This document shows, piece by piece, positions 7,923 through 16,225 of a stretch of DNA of 32,000 nucleotides. Numbering within the stretch: position 1 is the first letter of the stretch; each line of letters opens with the position of its first letter. The stretch spans positions 765,622-797,621 of the forward strand of contig CP113000.1 of assembly GCA_026625185.1 (NCBI GenBank), given 5' to 3'. Below the pieces are notes generated by a model, which was not told where the DNA came from, searched no databases, and saw nothing but the letters and a program-made list of their open reading frames with translations. The DNA comes from Thermodesulfobacteriota bacterium (lineage in GTDB: Bacteria; Desulfobacterota; WTBG01; JAGOGO01). The position numbers and the translations under genes are program-made.

Positions 7923-10700
7923 ATGGACTATAAGGCTACAATCCAACTGCCAAAAACAGGATTTTCTCAAAAAGCCAATCTTGCCCAAAAAGAGCCGGAA
8001 ATTTTAATAAAATGGGAAAAGATGGGTATTTATAAGCTTATTGAACAAACACGAGGTGAGCAGGGCAAGTATATTCTCCATGATGGTCCGCCCTATGCGA
8101 ACGGGCATATCCATATGGGTCATGCCTTAAATAAAATCATAAAAGATATCATTAATAAAGCTAAATTCATGGCCGGCTATGAGATTAACTATATTCCGGG
8201 TTGGGATTGTCATGGATTGCCGATTGAACATGAAGTGGATAAAACCTTGGGAGCGAAAAAAAAGGGGCTTTTCCCTCTAGAGATTCGCAAACGTTGCCGG
8301 GAATATGCGGAGAAATTTGTTCAGATCCAGCGCGACGAGTTCAAGCGCTTAGGAGTTTTTGGGGATTGGGAAAATCCTTATCTAACCATGTCTTTTGATT
8401 ATCAAGCCAGCATTGTGCGCGAGTTTGGAAAATTTGTTGAAAAAGACAGCATCTATCGCCGGAAAAAACCGATTCAATGGTGTTTTACCTGTAGAACTGC
8501 CCTTGCTGAAGCTGAGGTCGAATATAAAGACCACACCTCCCCCTCTATTTACGTAAAGTTTTCTCTGACTTCAGATATCAGTGAGGTTTTGCCCGTATTA
8601 AAAAAAGAAAAAAATATTTCCGTTATTATTTGGACCACGACTCCCTGGACCATACCGGGAAACCTGGCCATTTGTGTACATCCTGACCTTGTCTATGTGG
8701 CAGTGAAGACAAAAGGTGAGGTTTTTATTATGGCGGAGGGTTTATTTAAACGCACGATGGAAACATTAGGCGTTAACGATTATGAGGTCCTTACTACCTT
8801 TCCGGGAACCACGCTCGAAAAGCTGAGGTGCCGTCATCCTTTTATTGAGCGGGATTCGGTTTTGATCTTGGGTGGTCACGTTACCCTGGACACCGGCACC
8901 GGCTGTGTTCATACTGCTCCAGGACATGGACAGGAAGACTATGATGTTGGTCTAACGTATGGTTTAGACATTTACTCTCCGGTTGATAACGAAGGGAAGT
9001 TTACCGAGGACGTGGAGTTTTTTAACGGCCAGAATGTTTTTAGGGCTAATAAGGCAGTGGTTCAAAAACTGAAGGAAACCGGTGCGCTTCTTAAGGAAGA
9101 AGAAATTGTTCATTCCTATCCCCATTGCTGGAGATGTAAAGAGCCCATTATTTTCAGAGCCACGGAACAGTGGTTCGTTGCCATGGATAAAAACGGGTTC
9201 CGCGATAAGGCTCTCGATGAGGTAAAAAGGGTAACATGGATTCCTTACTGGGGAGAAGATCGCATTTACGGCATGGTTGAAAACCGTCCGGATTGGTGCA
9301 TCTCCCGCCAGAGATCTTGGGGGATCCCGATTGCTGTTTTTTATTGCACCTCCTGCCGTCACCCTTTGGCCAAAAAGGATATTATCGATAAGATTGCCGA
9401 CCGTTTCGCGTGCGAAGGAGCGGATGCCTGGTTTGCCCGGAGCGCTGAAGAATTGATACCCCCGGGGATAACATGTCCTATGTGTGGTGGTAGCACTTTC
9501 GAAAAAGAGACGGATATTTTGGATGTGTGGTTTGATTCCGGGGTAAGCTGGGCAGCGGTGATGGAAGGACGAGAGGGGGTCGCGATTCCCGTTGACCTTT
9601 ACTTAGAAGGAAGCGATCAGCATCGAGGATGGTTCCATAGCGCGCTGTTAACGGGAGTAATGACGCGCGCTAAGGCGCCTTACAAGACGGTGCTTACTCA
9701 TGGCTTTGTGGTTGATGGTGAAGGGAAAAAGATGTCCAAAACCCTCGGCAATGTTATTCACCCCAATGATGTGATAAATAAATTTGGCGCGGAAGTCCTG
9801 CGCCTCTGGGTAGCAGCCGAAGATTATCGCGAAGATATACGAATCTCTCCTGAAATAATTCAACGCTTATCCGAAGCGTACCGGAGATTTCGTAACACGT
9901 GCAGATTTTTATTGGGAAATCTGGATGGCTTTAATCCGGATAGGGATAGCGTTTCTTACAACGAACTGGAGGAGATTGACCGGTGGGCGCTTCATAAATT
10001 GCAACACATCTTGAGTAGGGTCATTGATGCCTATGAATCCTTTGAATTTCATAAAGTCTTCTACACGATTCATAATTTTTGTGTCCTAGATTTGAGCGCG
10101 TTTTACTTAGATGTGCTTAAGGATCGTCTTTACTGTGAAAAAACCGATTCCCGGTTGCGACGTTCAGCCCAGACCGTTCTATATGAAATCCTTATCGCCC
10201 TTACCAAACTTTTTGCTCCGGTGCTTCCCTTTACGACCGAGGAGATCTGGGGTTTTCTTCCGCCAAAAAAAGGCGGGCAGGAGAAGAGCGTTCACCTTTC
10301 ACGGTTCCCTTCGGTTAACCCTAAGTATATTGATGTGGAATTAGCTGACCGGTGGGAACAACTTTTAAACATCAGGGGAGAGGTAAACCAGGTTTTAGAA
10401 GCCGCACGGCGGAAGAGAGATATCGGTAGTTCTCTTGAAGCCGAAGTTGTAATCTCCGGCCGGGGCAAACACTTTGAGCTTCTTCGAGATTATGAGGTTT
10501 TTCTCCCCACATTGTTTATTGTCTCCCAAGTCAGTTTGGAAGAAGCGGACGTGGTGCAGGAGGATAAAGAACTTGAAGTAAAAGTAAGAAATGCCTCAGG
10601 CGAAAAATGCGAACGGTGTTGGAATTACCATCATTCGGTGGGGGAAAATCCTCATCATCCCACGATCTGTGAACGGTGTTTAACGGTTTTGGCGGGATAA
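7923..10700 (+). CDS. ileS: Isoleucine--tRNA ligase (type 1, with C-terminal zinc-binding cysteines)
   Basis: 925-aa ORF with the HIGH motif (HMGHALNK), the KMSKS motif (KMSKT), the CP1 editing insertion and a C-terminal CERCWNY...CERC zinc knuckle. The classical ileS-lspA linkage follows. Confidence 0.95.
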   Translation: MDYKATIQLPKTGFSQKANLAQKEPEILIKWEKMGIYKLIEQTRGEQGKYILHDGPPYANGHIHMGHALNKIIKDIINKAKFMAGYEINYIPGWDCHGLPIEHEVDKTLGAKKKGLFPLEIRKRCREYAEKFVQIQRDEFKRLGVFGDWENPYLTMSFDYQASIVREFGKFVEKDSIYRRKKPIQWCFTCRTALAEAEVEYKDHTSPSIYVKFSLTSDISEVLPVLKKEKNISVIIWTTTPWTIPGNLAICVHPDLVYVAVKTKGEVFIMAEGLFKRTMETLGVNDYEVLTTFPGTTLEKLRCRHPFIERDSVLILGGHVTLDTGTGCVHTAPGHGQEDYDVGLTYGLDIYSPVDNEGKFTEDVEFFNGQNVFRANKAVVQKLKETGALLKEEEIVHSYPHCWRCKEPIIFRATEQWFVAMDKNGFRDKALDEVKRVTWIPYWGEDRIYGMVENRPDWCISRQRSWGIPIAVFYCTSCRHPLAKKDIIDKIADRFACEGADAWFARSAEELIPPGITCPMCGGSTFEKETDILDVWFDSGVSWAAVMEGREGVAIPVDLYLEGSDQHRGWFHSALLTGVMTRAKAPYKTVLTHGFVVDGEGKKMSKTLGNVIHPNDVINKFGAEVLRLWVAAEDYREDIRISPEIIQRLSEAYRRFRNTCRFLLGNLDGFNPDRDSVSYNELEEIDRWALHKLQHILSRVIDAYESFEFHKVFYTIHNFCVLDLSAFYLDVLKDRLYCEKTDSRLRRSAQTVLYEILIALTKLFAPVLPFTTEEIWGFLPPKKGGQEKSVHLSRFPSVNPKYIDVELADRWEQLLNIRGEVNQVLEAARRKRDIGSSLEAEVVISGRGKHFELLRDYEVFLPTLFIVSQVSLEEADVVQEDKELEVKVRNASGEKCERCWNYHHSVGENPHHPTICERCLTVLAG

Positions 10701-10721
10701 AACCTGCGGGACTTCCTATTC

Positions 10722-10788
10722 GGTGCGCTCGGGGAGCGCACCCTACAGTTTAATCGTTTTTCCGTAGGGCGTGTTCCCCGAACACGCC
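10722..10788. repeat. Pair of inverted REP-like GC-rich hairpin units downstream of ileS
   Basis: Hairpin 1 is GGTGCGCTC-GGG-GAGCGCACC (10722-10742) followed by CCCTAC. Hairpin 2 is preceded by GTAGGG (10764-10769) and reads GGCGTGTTC-CCC-GAACACGCC (10768-10788). The two units are reverse-complement relatives with stem-preserving substitutions. No U-tract follows. Confidence 0.6.
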
Positions 10789-10892
10789 GAAATATTATCG
10801 GTCAACCCTTTTACACTGTTATCCATTCACTTATTTACTTATTAACTCACTTACTCATTAATCTATCTCAAAAACATTGTCGGGGAAATAAG

Positions 10893-11369
10893 GTGAAATC
10901 CAAATTATTTTTTTTACTTGCCGTTTCTTTTACGGTTATACTCTTGGATCAGATATCCAAAGCTTGGATAGAACATAATGTCTCCTTTTATCAGTCTATC
11001 CAGATAATCCCAAACTTTTTCCATATCACTCATATTAAAAACACGGGCGGGGCTTTTGGAATTCTTGCGGAGTTTAATGGTTTTTATTTTAAAACATTTT
11101 TTATCCTCTTTACGTTACTTAGTATCGGGGTTGTGGGTTTTTTTTACTGGAGACTTAAGCCCAATCAAGATGGACCAGCTTTAGGCATAGCGCTCATCAT
11201 CGGAGGAGCCATCGGGAATCTCATTGATCGGGTCCGTTTAGGTGGGGTCATTGATTTTATTGATGTCCATTATTATTCCCTCCATTGGCCTGCCTTCAAT
11301 GTTGCTGATTCCGCAATTACTATTGGTTCAGCGCTTTTAGGGGTTTTAATTTTTCTAAAAAAATGGTGA
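10893..11369 (+). CDS. lspA: Lipoprotein signal peptidase (signal peptidase II)
   Basis: 158-aa ORF with a GTG start. It has four hydrophobic segments and the LspA motifs IKNTGGAFG and FNVADSAI (catalytic Asp regions). Confidence 0.9.
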   Translation: MKSKLFFLLAVSFTVILLDQISKAWIEHNVSFYQSIQIIPNFFHITHIKNTGGAFGILAEFNGFYFKTFFILFTLLSIGVVGFFYWRLKPNQDGPALGIALIIGGAIGNLIDRVRLGGVIDFIDVHYYSLHWPAFNVADSAITIGSALLGVLIFLKKW

Positions 11370-11376
11370 GTAGAGT

Positions 11377-12147
11377 ATGCACCCGGTTTTATGTCAGGTT
11401 GGTCCTTTAACGATTTATACCTACGGACTTTTTGTTGCCCTGGGATTACTCTTGGGTTTAAGCCTGGCTCTAAAGGAAGCTAAAAGAAACGGGTTTGATC
11501 CTCAAGCGTTTCTTGACCTGGTTTTTTATACGGTTTTGGCAGGGATTATCGGTTCCCGGATTTTTTATGTTGCCCAAAACTTTTCTTTTTACAAAGAGAA
11601 CCTTTTGGGTATCGTGAAAATCTGGGAAGGGGGACTCGTCTTTCAGGGTGGTTTAATCTTTGCCATTCCTATTGCATGGGCTTTAGTTAAAAAAAAGAAA
11701 CTTTCTTTTTGGCAGACATTCGACGTGCTTGCTCCCTACATGGCGCTCGGGCAAGCTTTCGGAAGGATCGGGTGTTTTTTCGCGGGCTGCTGTTATGGAA
11801 GGCCCACCAGCCTTCCTTGGGCAGTAACCTTTACTGATCCGAAAACCCTTGCCCTTGCCGGTATTCCCCTCCATCCTACGCAACTTTACTCAGCCGCGGG
11901 ATTATTTTTTATTTTTCTCATACTGCTTTTTTTACGAAAGCACACAAAATTTTCCGGTCAACTTTCCTGTCTTTATCTCCTCCTCGACTCTTCCTTCCGG
12001 TTTTGGGTTGAATTCTTACGGGGAGACCCTCGAGGACACTTCTGGGGCCCGTTTTCAACCCCGCAGTTAATCTGCCTCATAACGTTCTTTATTGCCTTTT
12101 CTTTTTACTTTTACTTAAAAAACGCTCATCAACAAACGAGGGAATAA
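11377..12147 (+). CDS. lgt: Prolipoprotein diacylglyceryl transferase
   Basis: 256-aa polytopic membrane ORF with the Lgt-type motifs WEGGLVFQGG and GRIGCFFAGCCYGRP. It is adjacent to lspA. Confidence 0.85.
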   Translation: MHPVLCQVGPLTIYTYGLFVALGLLLGLSLALKEAKRNGFDPQAFLDLVFYTVLAGIIGSRIFYVAQNFSFYKENLLGIVKIWEGGLVFQGGLIFAIPIAWALVKKKKLSFWQTFDVLAPYMALGQAFGRIGCFFAGCCYGRPTSLPWAVTFTDPKTLALAGIPLHPTQLYSAAGLFFIFLILLFLRKHTKFSGQLSCLYLLLDSSFRFWVEFLRGDPRGHFWGPFSTPQLICLITFFIAFSFYFYLKNAHQQTRE

Positions 12148-12674
12148 TGTCCTTTCACCTCATTATTGATGGTTATAATCTTATCCGCCAGTCTCCGGAA
12201 TTACTACACTATGAAAAACAAGATTTAGAAAAAGGCCGGGCAATGCTTTTGCGCCGCCTTATTGCCTATCAGCGTATTAAGCATCACTCGATTACGGTAG
12301 TGTTTGACGGCTGGGCGGAAGGAGATATTTTTGAGCGTCGCGGTAAGGAAGGCGGAATTGAAATCATTTTTTCCCGACGCGGAGAAAAAGCAGATGAGGT
12401 CATTAAACGGCTCGCAGCTCAGAAAAAAAGCGAAATAACCGTAGTTACCTCTGATCGTGACTTGGGCCATTCCTGCGCGTTGAACGGATGCACTATTGTT
12501 TCATCACCGGAATTTCTGGAGAAGATGGAGTTTGCGCAGTATTCAGAGGACAAAGGTATCGTGGATGAAACAAAAGATACTCTCCCACCGGTAAAGAGTA
12601 CCAAGAAAAAAGGCCCTTCTAAACGAGCCCCAAAATCAATTCGCCATCACCAATCACTTCTTAAGAAACTTTAG
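12147..12674 (+). CDS. YacP/Rae1-like NYN-domain (PIN-like) predicted ribonuclease
   Basis: 175-aa ORF. The start (LIIDGYNLI...) and the VVFDG...VVTSDRD pattern are characteristic of DUF901/YacP NYN proteins. It has a basic C-terminal tail. Its start overlaps the lgt stop (TAATG). Confidence 0.7.
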   Translation: MSFHLIIDGYNLIRQSPELLHYEKQDLEKGRAMLLRRLIAYQRIKHHSITVVFDGWAEGDIFERRGKEGGIEIIFSRRGEKADEVIKRLAAQKKSEITVVTSDRDLGHSCALNGCTIVSSPEFLEKMEFAQYSEDKGIVDETKDTLPPVKSTKKKGPSKRAPKSIRHHQSLLKKL

Positions 12675-12706
12675 CCTAAATTGCGCGATTTTTAGGACAA
12701 AACAGC

Positions 12707-12733
12707 GTAGGACAGGCGTATCGCCTGTCCTAC
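12707..12733. repeat. Perfect 12-bp REP-like hairpin (GTAGGACAGGCG-TAT-CGCCTGTCCTAC)
   Basis: Seen directly, 33 nt after the NYN gene stop. No U-tract follows, so it is not a canonical intrinsic terminator. It shares the GTAGG/CCTAC foot with the 10722-10788 units. Confidence 0.6.
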
Positions 12734-12787
12734 CGTGGTTTGGACATCTTATACATTACGAACTAATTATTTGCGCATACGTTACAA

Positions 12788-12860
12788 CACCCTTCGACAC
12801 GCTCAGTGCGACGGCTAACCAATTGCTTTTTAACGGTCATGGTGAGCCTGTCGAACCATG
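12788..12860. repeat. Dispersed repeat family 2, copy 3 (core)
   Basis: CACCCTTCGACACGCTCAGTGCGACGGCTAACCAATTGCTTTTTAACGGTCATGGTGAGCCTGTCGAACCATG aligns nearly base-for-base with 6907-6979. It explains the spurious 67-aa ORF at 12763-12966 (...FDRLTMTV...RTERVEG...). Confidence 0.75.
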
Positions 12861-13023
12861 GGCAGGGTATTCTCTTGGCAATGATAGCCAGGCACAATTT
12901 TTTATAACATTGTGTATAGAACGTAATTTGGAATTGAAATGAGTTAGGCCTAAAGAAATAAGGCATCCTCTTTTTTTAAAGTCTTTTTCTAATGGTTCCT
13001 TCGTGGACCCCAACTGATTTTCA

Positions 13024-13632
13024 TCAATGTTTCAAAACTTTCCCCCCGATTTTGTGTTCTTCGCCTTTAATAAGTCTTTTGATATTTTCTTGGTGCCGAA
13101 AAATAATCATAATGGCTAAAAAAGCGGCAGTTGCGCTATAAAGCCAAGGGTACGGGTGCGGTGAAAAAATCATGAGCAGCGGCAACGCAAGAGCAGCTGA
13201 TATAGAACTGAGGGAAACGTAACGAAATAATGCAAGAACAATACAAAAAATCCCAAGGCAGAAAATAAGCGTCTGAGGAGCCAAAAACAAAAAGACTCCA
13301 AGCCCGGTTGCCACTCCTTTTCCTCCGGAAAATTTAAGGTAAACGGGATAGAGATGCCCCAAAAAAGTTGCTAAAGCAGAAAGAGAAGCCCAGGTTTCTG
13401 ATCCGGTTGTTGTGTACACCAGATAAACCGGCAAAAAGCCTTTCAAAGTGTCTCCCAAGAGCGTTAATATCCCCAGCATTTTCCCGGCGCTCCGGTAAAC
13501 ATTAGTGGCGCCGATGTTATGGCTTCCATGCTCCCGAATGTCGATTTTGGCAAAAGCCCGGCCTAAAAGTAAACCCGTAGGGATTGAACCTATAAGATAA
13601 GATACCAGAACAAGTCCTGTGTTTAAGAGCAC
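13024..13632 (-). CDS. plsY: Glycerol-3-phosphate acyltransferase PlsY
   Basis: 202-aa membrane ORF with a GTG start after AGGAGG. It has the PlsY motifs GSHNIGATNVYR and GGKGVATG. Confidence 0.9.
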   Translation of the reverse strand: MLLNTGLVLVSYLIGSIPTGLLLGRAFAKIDIREHGSHNIGATNVYRSAGKMLGILTLLGDTLKGFLPVYLVYTTTGSETWASLSALATFLGHLYPVYLKFSGGKGVATGLGVFLFLAPQTLIFCLGIFCIVLALFRYVSLSSISAALALPLLMIFSPHPYPWLYSATAAFLAIMIIFRHQENIKRLIKGEEHKIGGKVLKH

Positions 13633-13686
13633 ATGTCCTCCTTACGATTTTCATTAAACGAAATAATACTTACCCACTTATTAGTG

Positions 13687-13715
13687 GAATTGGTTTTCAG
13701 TGTCAAGGGAGAATT
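13687..13715 (-). promoter_or_regulatory. Sigma-70-type promoter candidate for plsY (TTGACA-17 nt-TAATAA on the minus strand)
   Basis: The reverse complement of 13710-13715 is TTGACA and of 13687-13692 is TAATAA. This is a pattern match only. Confidence 0.35.
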
Positions 13716-13783
13716 AGCTAATGCCTTAGATTCTAAAGACAGAATGGAAAACTTCGGTTTTAATAGCATCAGGCGGTAAGTGC

Positions 13784-14824
13784 TTAAAGGGCTTCAGTGT
13801 ACCACCGGTAGGTGGTGGCGATACCCTGTTCTAAGCTGATTTTTGCCTTCCAACCAAGGCGGTTAAGTCGTGAAACATCAAGAAGTTTCTGCAGTGTGCC
13901 ATCAGGCTTGGAGGCGTCCCATAAGACTTCTCCCTGGAATCCCACAATCCTTGCGGTCGTCTCAGCGAGCTCGCGAATAGTAAAATCTTTACCAATACCA
14001 ATATTGATAATCTCCCTTTCATCATAATTGTTCATAAGAAAAAGACAAGCATCAGCAAGATCATCCACATGGAGGAACTCGCGTCGCGGTGTACCCGAAC
14101 CCCAGAGCACGACAGTTGGTTTTGCCGGAGTTCCTTGCATACTGGTTTTACGGGTTAAACCGAGAGACGTTTTAATGTCCACGGGGATAGTGCCGAAAGA
14201 TAATTCGTCTTGTTTTAAAGCCTCGATACGGTTTGCGGCCGCTAATTTGGCGAGATGAAACTTTCGTATGAACGCGGGTAAGACATGAGAAGTTTCCAAA
14301 TCAAAGTTATCCTGGGGACCGAAAAGGTTCGTCGGCATCACACTGATAAAATTGGTGCCGTATTGGCGATTGTATGATTGACACATTTTAATGCCGGCAA
14401 TTTTGGCAATGGCATACGGTTCGTTGGTAGGCTCCAGAAAGCCGGAGAGAAGGTAGTCTTCTTTTATTGGTTGAGGACATTGTTTAGGATAAATACAGGA
14501 GCTTCCGAGAAAAAGGAGTTTTTTGACTCCATAGAGGTATGAAGAATGAATGACATGCGCCTGAATTGTTAAATTTTTATAGATGAACTCAGCGGGGAAG
14601 GCGCTGTTGGCCAAAATCCCTCCAACTTTAGCGGCAGCCAGAAACACATATTCAGGAGCTTCGACCTTAAAAAAAGTTTCAACATCTCCCTGGCGTTCCA
14701 GATTCAATGCTTCGTGAGTACGGGTGATGAGATTGGTATACCCTTCAGCCTGAAGTTTTCGGAGTAGAGCGGAACCAACCAGCCCTTTGTGGCCGGCAAT
14801 GTAAATGCGGGATGTTTTTTTCAT
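13784..14824 (-). CDS. fcl: GDP-L-fucose synthase (GDP-4-keto-6-deoxy-D-mannose 3,5-epimerase/4-reductase)
   Basis: 346-aa SDR-type ORF with the GHKGLVGSA nucleotide-binding loop and the catalytic YxxxK (PYAIAKIAG). It lies immediately downstream of gmd. Confidence 0.9.
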   Translation of the reverse strand: MKKTSRIYIAGHKGLVGSALLRKLQAEGYTNLITRTHEALNLERQGDVETFFKVEAPEYVFLAAAKVGGILANSAFPAEFIYKNLTIQAHVIHSSYLYGVKKLLFLGSSCIYPKQCPQPIKEDYLLSGFLEPTNEPYAIAKIAGIKMCQSYNRQYGTNFISVMPTNLFGPQDNFDLETSHVLPAFIRKFHLAKLAAANRIEALKQDELSFGTIPVDIKTSLGLTRKTSMQGTPAKPTVVLWGSGTPRREFLHVDDLADACLFLMNNYDEREIINIGIGKDFTIRELAETTARIVGFQGEVLWDASKPDGTLQKLLDVSRLNRLGWKAKISLEQGIATTYRWYTEAL

Positions 14825-14873
14825 CGGGCCTCAGAAAATAAAAAAAGTAATTTCTGTGAGAAGCATATTGTTT

Positions 14874-16004
14874 TTACGTACCATTTTCTCTCTTAATGAT
14901 AGTGTGGATAACATCCTGGCACCGCTGAAGGTTAATGAGAGCCTGGATATCTTCGCGCACCATAATCTTCACTAATTCTTTAAACGTTGTTTTAGGTTCC
15001 CAACCCAGAATTTTTTTGGCTTTGGTGGCATCCCCCAGTAGATTATCCACTTCGGTAGGACGAAAGTACCGGGGATCTATGCGCACAATGGTTGAGCCTT
15101 CAGCCGGCAAAACAACGCCGGAAGATGATGGTGAAAATGGTCCTTTAAAACCGCCGAGTATCCCCACTTCTTCAATACCATGACCGCGCCAGGCGATTTC
15201 TATCCCGGCTTCTTGAAAAGCTTGTTCACAAAATTCACGCACCGAATGATTTTCACCGGTAGCGATCACAAAATCCTCCGGGTTTTCCCGCTGCAAGATT
15301 TTCCACATGGCCTCGACATAATCAGGAGCGTATCCCCAATCTCTCCGAGCTTCTAAATTACCCAGATAAAGATTTTCATTAAATCCATACCGGATGCGGG
15401 CAACTGCCCGGGTGATCTTCCGGGTTACGAAGGTTTCCCCCCGGCGGGGGGATTCGTGGTTAAAAAGAATCCCATTGGCGGCAAAAAGCCCGTATCCTTC
15501 GCGGTAGTTTTTTACCATGTGAAAAGCGTACACTTTTGCCGCAGCATATGGGCTTCGGGGTGTAAAGGGAGTTTTTTCATTCTGCGGGGGTGGGGAATTG
15601 CCGTACATCTCCGAAGACGACGCCTGGTAAAAACGTGATTTTAAACCACTGCGGCGTAATGCCTCCAAAATACGGGTGGTGCCTAATCCCACCACATCCC
15701 CGGTGTATTCAGGAATATCGAAGCTAACCCGCACATGACTCTGGGCCGCCAGGTGATAGACCTCATCAGGCTGGATATTATAGATGAGATTGGTGAGCTG
15801 GCCGGCATCGGATAAATCTCCGTAATGAAGGAAAATACGAGCTTGAGGGTCATGAGGGTCTTGGTAAATATGTTCAATGCGTTCGGTATTAAACGTGCTG
15901 GCTCGCCGGATGAGACCATGAACTTCATATCCCTTTTTAAGAAGCAGTTCGGCGAGATACGAGCCATCTTGGCCGGTTATACCGGTAATAATCGCACGGT
16001 TCAT
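14874..16004 (-). CDS. gmd: GDP-mannose 4,6-dehydratase
   Basis: 376-aa ORF with [15 protein letters not shown] at the N-terminus, YAAAKVYA (YxxxK) and NHESPRRG, all Gmd hallmarks. Confidence 0.93.
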   Translation of the reverse strand: MNRAIITGITGQDGSYLAELLLKKGYEVHGLIRRASTFNTERIEHIYQDPHDPQARIFLHYGDLSDAGQLTNLIYNIQPDEVYHLAAQSHVRVSFDIPEYTGDVVGLGTTRILEALRRSGLKSRFYQASSSEMYGNSPPPQNEKTPFTPRSPYAAAKVYAFHMVKNYREGYGLFAANGILFNHESPRRGETFVTRKITRAVARIRYGFNENLYLGNLEARRDWGYAPDYVEAMWKILQRENPEDFVIATGENHSVREFCEQAFQEAGIEIAWRGHGIEEVGILGGFKGPFSPSSSGVVLPAEGSTIVRIDPRYFRPTEVDNLLGDATKAKKILGWEPKTTFKELVKIMVREDIQALINLQRCQDVIHTIIKRENGT

Positions 16005-16164
16005 CAGTCACCTCTTAATTGCGCACCATTGTTGGTAATACAACTCAATCCCTGTTTAAGCAATCAGGTAGTTAAAAGCTTCTCCGCACCGGCAAAATCA
16101 ATCTTCTGATTTATTATTGTGCTGATCATTATTTTCAAACCTTGCATGGAGGGATTTGAGTGTT

Positions 16165-16193
16165 TTAATACCCTAAAAAGAGTTTTGTGTCAA
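16165..16193 (-). promoter_or_regulatory. Sigma-70-type promoter candidate for gmd-fcl (TTGACA-17 nt-TATTAA on the minus strand)
   Basis: The reverse complement of 16188-16193 is TTGACA and of 16165-16170 is TATTAA. This is a pattern match only and would give a 5' UTR of about 150 nt. Confidence 0.4.
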
Positions 16194-16225
16194 TCTTGGG
16201 ATATTTGCCGGGAGCGTAATAATAT

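Noticed and set aside
12763-12966. A 67-aa minus-strand ORF from the track
   Set aside because: It is encoded across the family-2 repeat (FDRLTMTV...RTERVEG) and is an artefact of repeat translation.
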